A stretch of DNA of 64,000 nucleotides from the IMG/VR virus record IMGVR_UViG_2889049205_000001, positions 164,842 to 228,841 of that record, one strand, 5' to 3'. Of this stretch, positions 57,679 through 64,000 are shown piece after piece. The notes beneath the pieces were generated by a model. It was not told the origin of the DNA. It saw only the letters and a program-made list of their open reading frames with translations, and ran no database searches. The stretch comes from a virus (Duplodnaviria; Caudoviricetes). Each line of letters begins with the position of its first letter. Positions within the stretch are counted from its first letter, which is position 1. The translations under genes and the position numbers were made by a program.

Positions 57679-60600
57679 CTATATTTCTGTCACTTCAAGA
57701 CTGTCGTCTTCATCATGATACTCGATGATCGGCAAGAGCCCGTATGCCTTGTGCTTGGCAATCGATGCTTGGATCTGCGATTCAGTGAATGTCTCCAGCA
57801 GCTTGCGTGGCAAATGAATGATCATGACGCCATTCTCTTGGTATGCCTCGCCGTCGAAATAACCAATATCCCAGTGGTGTAAGCTCTCCTTGTTCACTCG
57901 GGCGATGATTTCCCGACTGAGCTGCTCGTCGAGCCCCCCACCTCGGGAGCGGGTGTCCAGAATTACCATGTCCTTGTAAATGTCCGAGTTGGCCTGAACA
58001 AAGACTCGGCCAAGCCGAAGCATTGTCGAATCGAACATGCCGTCTTTCGGATTAAACCAGTAGTCCTCGTCCGTATGGTAGATTGATGCTGTTTTGAGCG
58101 TGCCGGCAATCAGATCTGTGCTTGTTTCCGTTGCGAGCCAGATGCCTGTTGGTTTCAGGTACACGTTGATCTGGCGGACCAGCAGCTCGCTGCCTGGCGC
58201 CTCTATGATCGCATATTCTTCTACCTTTTCATTCACCGGCACCCAGCGGTGGAAGCTGTTCTTTCCGAGCGTGAAGCTGTGCCCTGGCGTCGGATTAAAA
58301 TCCATGTGGAAGAAACGAAGCAGCTTGTTCTGATCCTTCATGACCACCGGTACGGTGACAGTCACGTAAATATCAATTACGTCGTTAAAGGAGGCTTCCC
58401 TTTGCCCGATCGCTTTCCCGTCGGATTGATACAGGAACTCGGACTTTACAATCACAAGCGTTGCTCCTTCAATAGCCGCCATCGGCGTCAACGTAAGCTT
58501 TGTTGCCGCCTTATACTTATCGATGAACTGCTTCATCTCGTTTCCAAAATCCGTATACAGTGCAATGCTCGCCACCTTGATCCGCTGATCAAATGCCGTC
58601 TCTTTGGACGGAATCGTCGTCGTGAACTTATTCGAGACGTAGGCATCCTTCGTTTCTTTCGTATCGTTGTACACCGGCGAAGACGTCCAGCTGAGGATGT
58701 TCTCGATCATCCGTCGGTTTCCAGGATTCTGGAAACCACGCTCATCATCCATGGCGTTGCAGTCCGTCATAAACACGATCCGCTGCTTGTCGTTTTCATA
58801 AGCAGCCACAACCGGAAGTCCATTCGAGTAAGCAACGGGCTGAATACGACTGCCGCTAATTCTGTAGTAGGAGGCTGCCTGCATTGTAAAGCTCGTACAT
58901 CCTTGAGCAAGCGGGTGGCTCGTGTTAAACGTGCCGCTTGTGGTTACGATAGCGTCCGGAACGAGTGTCAGATCCGGAAAGTCCTGAGAAACGATGCTTA
59001 GAAAGTTTGCGTTCCAGTCCGTTAATCCGGAGTGCTCGGCGGTGATGATAGCAGATCCTCCCGCTGCGATAAAACTCCGGATTCCTGCCACGCATTCAGC
59101 AGGCACAGGATTCATCATATAAGCCACAATGATCAGATCGTAATCTTTGTAGTTCGCCACCTTGCTTATTGTCCATTTGTCCTGGTCAACCGCCAGTCCT
59201 TTGGATAGCAGCAAATGGTACATCTGAGAGAAGATGCCTGTGATGGTATACTCGCTTTCGTTATCAGTCAAGATCAAGGCTTTCGTAAAAGTTCCTGACC
59301 CGCCGCCGGTCTGTTCCGTAATGATGCCCTCGGCATGCAGATCGGCATGGTACCGGACTTCCAAGTCAACTGGACTTCCGACATCAATGACTTCAGTATT
59401 GTCACTGCTGTAGAATCCACGGTACGTGTACCAGTCTTCACGATACGCATAGCGTACGGTGATCTCGTCTTGGTCCCGGATCCGATCGTGCAGATAAATA
59501 ATGCCTTTCTCTGCATCCACATCCGAGACACGGAGGCGGCGGTTGTTGTTAATCCGACTCGCATTGACTTCCAGATAGCTGACTCCTTCCTCTGAAGCAA
59601 GTACGATTGGCCGGAACTGAACCTGAATCATCTGCTCGTTGAGGACGACTGGATACTCTTTCTCCACTACGATTGTTGGGAGATTCGTGAACTCCTGATT
59701 TTCGTACTCTGGAATGGAATAGTCAAGCACGACCTCTACGGAATCTCCGGCACTCTGAGGCCGATAGGCGACCAACTCCGGGTTGGAGAGGTATAATTGC
59801 GGCACACGCTCTTCTGGCTCGTAATACGGCAGCCGGATGCGCCGCTTGAATCGGCCGTTTTTTACCCGCAGGTACCAGTTCTCCCGCTCCGAGGATCTCT
59901 TTTCTACCCGTGGCTTCTCGATATCAATTTTATGCCGCTCGTCAATTTTGATGGCAAGCACCGGCACAGCCGAGAGAACTTCGAAGTTCGTCCAGGCGAC
60001 CAGGTTCACCTTCAGTGCATCCAGAAATTCATCCGTTCCTTTTTTCAGGACATTGCGGAGGCGGATCCGGTTTACCCCGTGCTTGATCTGGTCAACTTCA
60101 AATCGTTTGTTCCCATTCAGGTTGTACAGGAATCGGTAGTTGACCCGGTACTCGGCGTTCAATCCACTCTCGTTCTCCCCACGCTCAATGCGGAGCAGAA
60201 CTTCATGCAGCGGCGTGTCGCCGAGGTTTAGTTTCGTCAGCAGCCCACCATCGCCCAAGAGAGTGCCTAGTGTTTTGACTCCCTCGTGCTTGTAGATTTC
60301 ATCCTCATCGATTGTGTATGGCGAACCGAGCGGATAGATCGGCGGCACCGGTGCGCTGGCCATCGGCTTATTGCCGGAACCGAGCGATACGGTTACGCTG
60401 CTGTCTCCCCCGGTTTTGCGGATGCTCCAGGCAAAGTTCTTCACTTTCTCTGGAATCTCGGCATCAATCTCGGCCGGCTTGAACTCGTACCCCATTGTGC
60501 CATCGGGAGATAAGAATGCAATACCTGTTCCATTGATGTCCATGCCGTTATCGCTCGTGCGCCAAGGAGTGATCTTGGTGCCGCCAGCCTGCGGGTCATT

Positions 60601-63089
60601 CGTGTAGCCATACACATAACCGTCACTCTTGATACGGCCTTGTACCGGTCCGGTGGAAACGAACTGGATTGGATCAACGGGCTGGAAGATCGGCTTGCCT
60701 GCAGTCAGCGCATCAAGTTTCGGCTTGAGAATGTCCTCTGCTTTTGTATCGTTCAACTTCATCTCCGAATTGGATGTGAACTCGACCGGATACATCTCAC
60801 TCGCTGCTTCCTTCCCCTCAAGCTCAGTGAAGGTCAACTTCGACCAATAGCACTCTTGCTGGGAGATGTTAAATATTCCATAGGATCCATCGGTATGTTT
60901 CGGCAAGTTCTTTGTTCCGTTGTCAGGGATATCGTGGCTCCCGGTGTCCTCTCCGATACAAACAAGCTCACCCAACTCCGTGCTGCCAGGCTGACCAATG
61001 TAAATCCGGAACTCATCTTCCTGTACGACGACGGTGATCTTATATTTGCTGCTAGTCGCCCAGCCAGACGGGTTATACGTTTTGTTGTAGGCTGTGACAT
61101 CGATGTAAGATACGCCGGTCTTATCAGACTGAAATCTAGTGTGTGGCTCGTCTGCACTATTGTACGAAGGCAAGATGTTTGGAACGGCTTTGAATACTTT
61201 CTTCTTCTTGTTCGTAAAGCTTTGATTGTATTGAAGGTAGCTGCTCCAGTTTGGCTCATACGCATAGCCTGGAATCGATGACGTGTTGACGACAGCTGAT
61301 GCCCCACGATGACTCATCAGAATCCGTCCTGCCCCGTTATTGTCAGCGGCAACCGAGTTGTTCAACTGGTTGCGCTCCCAAGCGAACACGTAGTAGTTCT
61401 TCGAGTCTCGCACACGGAACATGATGCCGATAACGTCATCATCGTAGCCACGATCTTCGACATGAACCTCGGCCGAGAACATATAGTCTTTCTTGCCGGT
61501 CGCCGCCGGATTGTAGAATCCACCTAAATCGATCTCATTTCGAGTCAAATAGATTTCCTCAACGCCGCTGTTGCGCACCACTTTCCAGTCAGACCGGTTG
61601 GTCACTTGTCCGATATTGTTCCAGCTGCTCAGAGTCGTACCAGTTTCCGTCGTAGCTTGATGGATAATATAGATCTGCTGCTTGATCCCCCATGTCGCCT
61701 GCAGGGTTGTGCTCTCGATGATCTGGCCCTCGCCGCTCGCCGTCCAGGTGAAGGGCAGCTCTTGTTTTTGCTGCTCTGGAATAATTGTGCAACGATGTTT
61801 TATTGCATCGTTCTTGATCCGGACGTTGCTCTCCTCGGCCCCTCCCAATTTCCGGTGGCCACATTGGACTTAGCCTTGGCCGGCTCTCCGCCGCTCTGCA
61901 GCACGGCGCTGGTGACGCTTGAATTATCTGCTGCCTGCTCAGTCGTGTAGAGCAGATTTCCATTGGCATCTTCTACCGTGTAGATCGTCTCTGCCGGCAG
62001 CGATGGCATGTCGATTGGAATCATCATGCCCATGGTGCTGCGAGCATCCATGACGGCTGATCCAGACTTTAACCCGAGCATCTTCCACTCGTTTGCGTAA
62101 TCCAACATCTCATGCTCAAGGAGTGCTTCTTTGGGCAGAACGGAATCCGTAATGTAGCCTGTCGTGATGACCCGCTCCTTGCCGTTCTCGTCCTTGTATT
62201 TAGCATTAACCCTGTAGCTGAACATGGGTGCTTCTCGTGGATCACTCTTGGATTTTTGCGGAACATAAATGCGGTACCCATCCACATCCGGCCGCTCCTC
62301 GAACGCATAGATTTCTTTGAGCTCTCCAGCCGACTCCACCTGCGCTAGTGTCGCTTCAGTAAAGGCGCTAACCCCGTTGATGATCCGAAGCTTCCCGCCT
62401 TCAATTGCATTCCCGTTGACTTGATTCGAGTACAGCTCAATGGTTTTCTTAACCGCCCGTGCGTTGGCGTCGATCGCAGGTGTATCCACATGGTTGTACC
62501 TTACTTTGAAGGTCTTCTCCTCATCGGTATTGAATTGCAGATACAACCAGGCCCGGTATACATTGGACTTGGTTTCCGGTGGCACCGCAGCCTGAGCCTG
62601 CACGAAGATGATGTATTTGAACGTCGAATCCAGTAGATTACCGTTCTCGTCGGTGATCTGAATTTGGTTTCCTGTATAGCGGATCACCTTCTCCGGCTCG
62701 CCCGGTTCGCTGTCGTAATGATAGAAAATCTCGAAACGATAATACAGCGCAGCGGCGACCGTGTGCTCGTTTCGGATGAAACGTTTGGTAATGTTCACTT
62801 CCTTGGATGGGAACATGTCATACGGCGCCCGCAGCACGATCGGCTGGTCTTCGGAAAGAACTGTGGCATACTGCAGCTTTCCATTTTCGTCCGGCACGAC
62901 CATTGATTCAATCTGGTCGATTGGGATTAGATTGTCAGGCGTAGATGAGGTATGGATCAGGGAAATGTTCTGATCAGAATCTACTCGTGGTGTATGAACA
63001 AAAGCCAGATTCACGTCGCCTTCTGGCACTTTCTCTCCAACCCGCAAAGCATAGGTGCTGTTAGGCAGCATCTTGTTGAACTCTTTCAT
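57679..63089 (-). CDS. About 1800-aa virion protein with thrombospondin-C-like lectin and GATase-like insert; frameshifted at G4 (about 61840)
   Basis: The 439-aa and 1389-aa ORFs join (NWEG-AEES) with one extra G; DDDVIGIMFRVRDSKNYYVFAW. Confidence 0.6.
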
Positions 63090-63133
63090 GTGCTTCTCAC
63101 CTTCCCCTTCAAGGAGCAAAGCGACTGGCGGGG

Positions 63134-64000
63134 TTAACCGCCAATCACCTTGATATAAATGAAGTTGCTTGCTGTTTCGCCACCTATGTCAAAATTGGCA
63201 TGAACTGCAATCTGCCCCTGGATTTCATTGATCCCGTTCAAGGCAATCTTGGCGTCTCCGCTGCTGTTTGTCAAAATGACTTCGCTTCGTGTAACGCCCT
63301 TCGTGTCCTTATAGGAGATTGTGATAGACTTGTCGCCAAGTCCGATCCAGTTTTCGTTCTTGAGCGAAACTGTAATGATCGTTTGCTCATTTTGGCCCGA
63401 GCGAATAGCTGTCTTGCTCGGATTCAGTACGATGTGGTAGCGGTCGGCGACGGCAGGCTCATAATAATTCAGCAATCCGGTCGAGCTTTTACCCTCACAG
63501 ATTGCCTCGTATTTCGAGATCCGACTGGCCGGTGCAATCGGCTGATCCAACTTATACACCTCGCCGGCCTGGTTTGTCATCCCGGTATAGATGATTTCGC
63601 CATCCCGGTAGATTTCGATCCGCTTATTCTCGATCGGATTATTGTTCAAGTCCTTGATTTGTGCGGTGATCGTCGCTTTACTTAGACCGTCTGCCGGCAG
63701 CGTCTTTGGTGACACGGTGATCAGTATGCGGTCTACAGCGTCCTCTGTCCGCTCTGTCATATACAAGAACCCCCGATGGTTATGATTCAAAAGCGGATTG
63801 AATACGATCTCCTCGGCTCGGTAGAACGGCGTATTCTTGGCGCCTTCGTAGAGGATCTCCATGTTCTTCATACTTTCAGCTACATAGTTCGAGTGGAGCG
63901 TGAGCATTGCGACATCTCCGCTCACATCATAATTGTAATCGAGCATGTAACTGTAATTCAGTTTGTACTTAACCTCAATTATATCAGAAAATTCCAGCGA
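63134..64000 (-). CDS. Virion protein with Big-1 Ig-like domains; start lies beyond the window
   Basis: PKTLPADG.S.ATITA.IKD.NNNP; frame open to the window edge. Confidence 0.7.
   Translation of the reverse strand, partial: SLEFSDIIEVKYKLNYSYMLDYNYDVSGDVAMLTLHSNYVAESMKNMEILYEGAKNTPFYRAEEIVFNPLLNHNHRGFLYMTERTEDAVDRILITVSPKTLPADGLSKATITAQIKDLNNNPIENKRIEIYRDGEIIYTGMTNQAGEVYKLDQPIAPASRISKYEAICEGKSSTGLLNYYEPAVADRYHIVLNPSKTAIRSGQNEQTIITVSLKNENWIGLGDKSITISYKDTKGVTRSEVILTNSSGDAKIALNGINEIQGQIAVHANFDIGGETASNFIYIKVIGG

Noticed and set aside
1-64000. tRNA, rRNA, IS elements or integrase
   Set aside because: None recognised by eye; a tRNAscan/Rfam run would be needed to exclude them fully.

Overview
The whole window looks like part of a large (SPbeta-scale) temperate Firmicutes phage, probably a phage-plasmid. 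The host is probably Paenibacillus-like, inferred from the copper-amine-oxidase-type domains of the endolysin. Layout: (1) 1-12.8 kb, a + strand run of small, mostly hypothetical genes, including an acyl-carrier-protein-like gene and an NPPF DNA methyltransferase. (2) 13.3-16 kb, a plasmid-like replicon: a Rep gene with internal 21-bp iterons and an AT-rich tract, a candidate antisense copy-control RNA, an RTP homologue with upstream inverted repeats, and an SOS-boxed yolD-like gene. (3) 16-44.2 kb, - strand nucleotide-metabolism, replication and recombination genes: nucleotidase, Tmk, endolysin, DnaE, RemA-like, Cas4-like, sigma-like, RusA, S8 protease, MazG-like, NrdIEF, DnaB, AEP primase and Rad52-like. 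(4) 44.3-64 kb, holins and large virion-type proteins, several broken at homopolymer runs. Most novel signal: about 12 otherwise unrelated small proteins begin with the same 7-residue tag, M-[EDN]-[LM]-[VAIT]-x-x-Y. The tag is conserved in protein but not in DNA, and several bodies resemble isolated virion domains, which suggests an undescribed tag-plus-variable-cargo/adaptor system. A palindromic operator (GTGTAATGCRTTACAC) marks most - strand promoters. All calls come from motif reading by eye; no searches were run.
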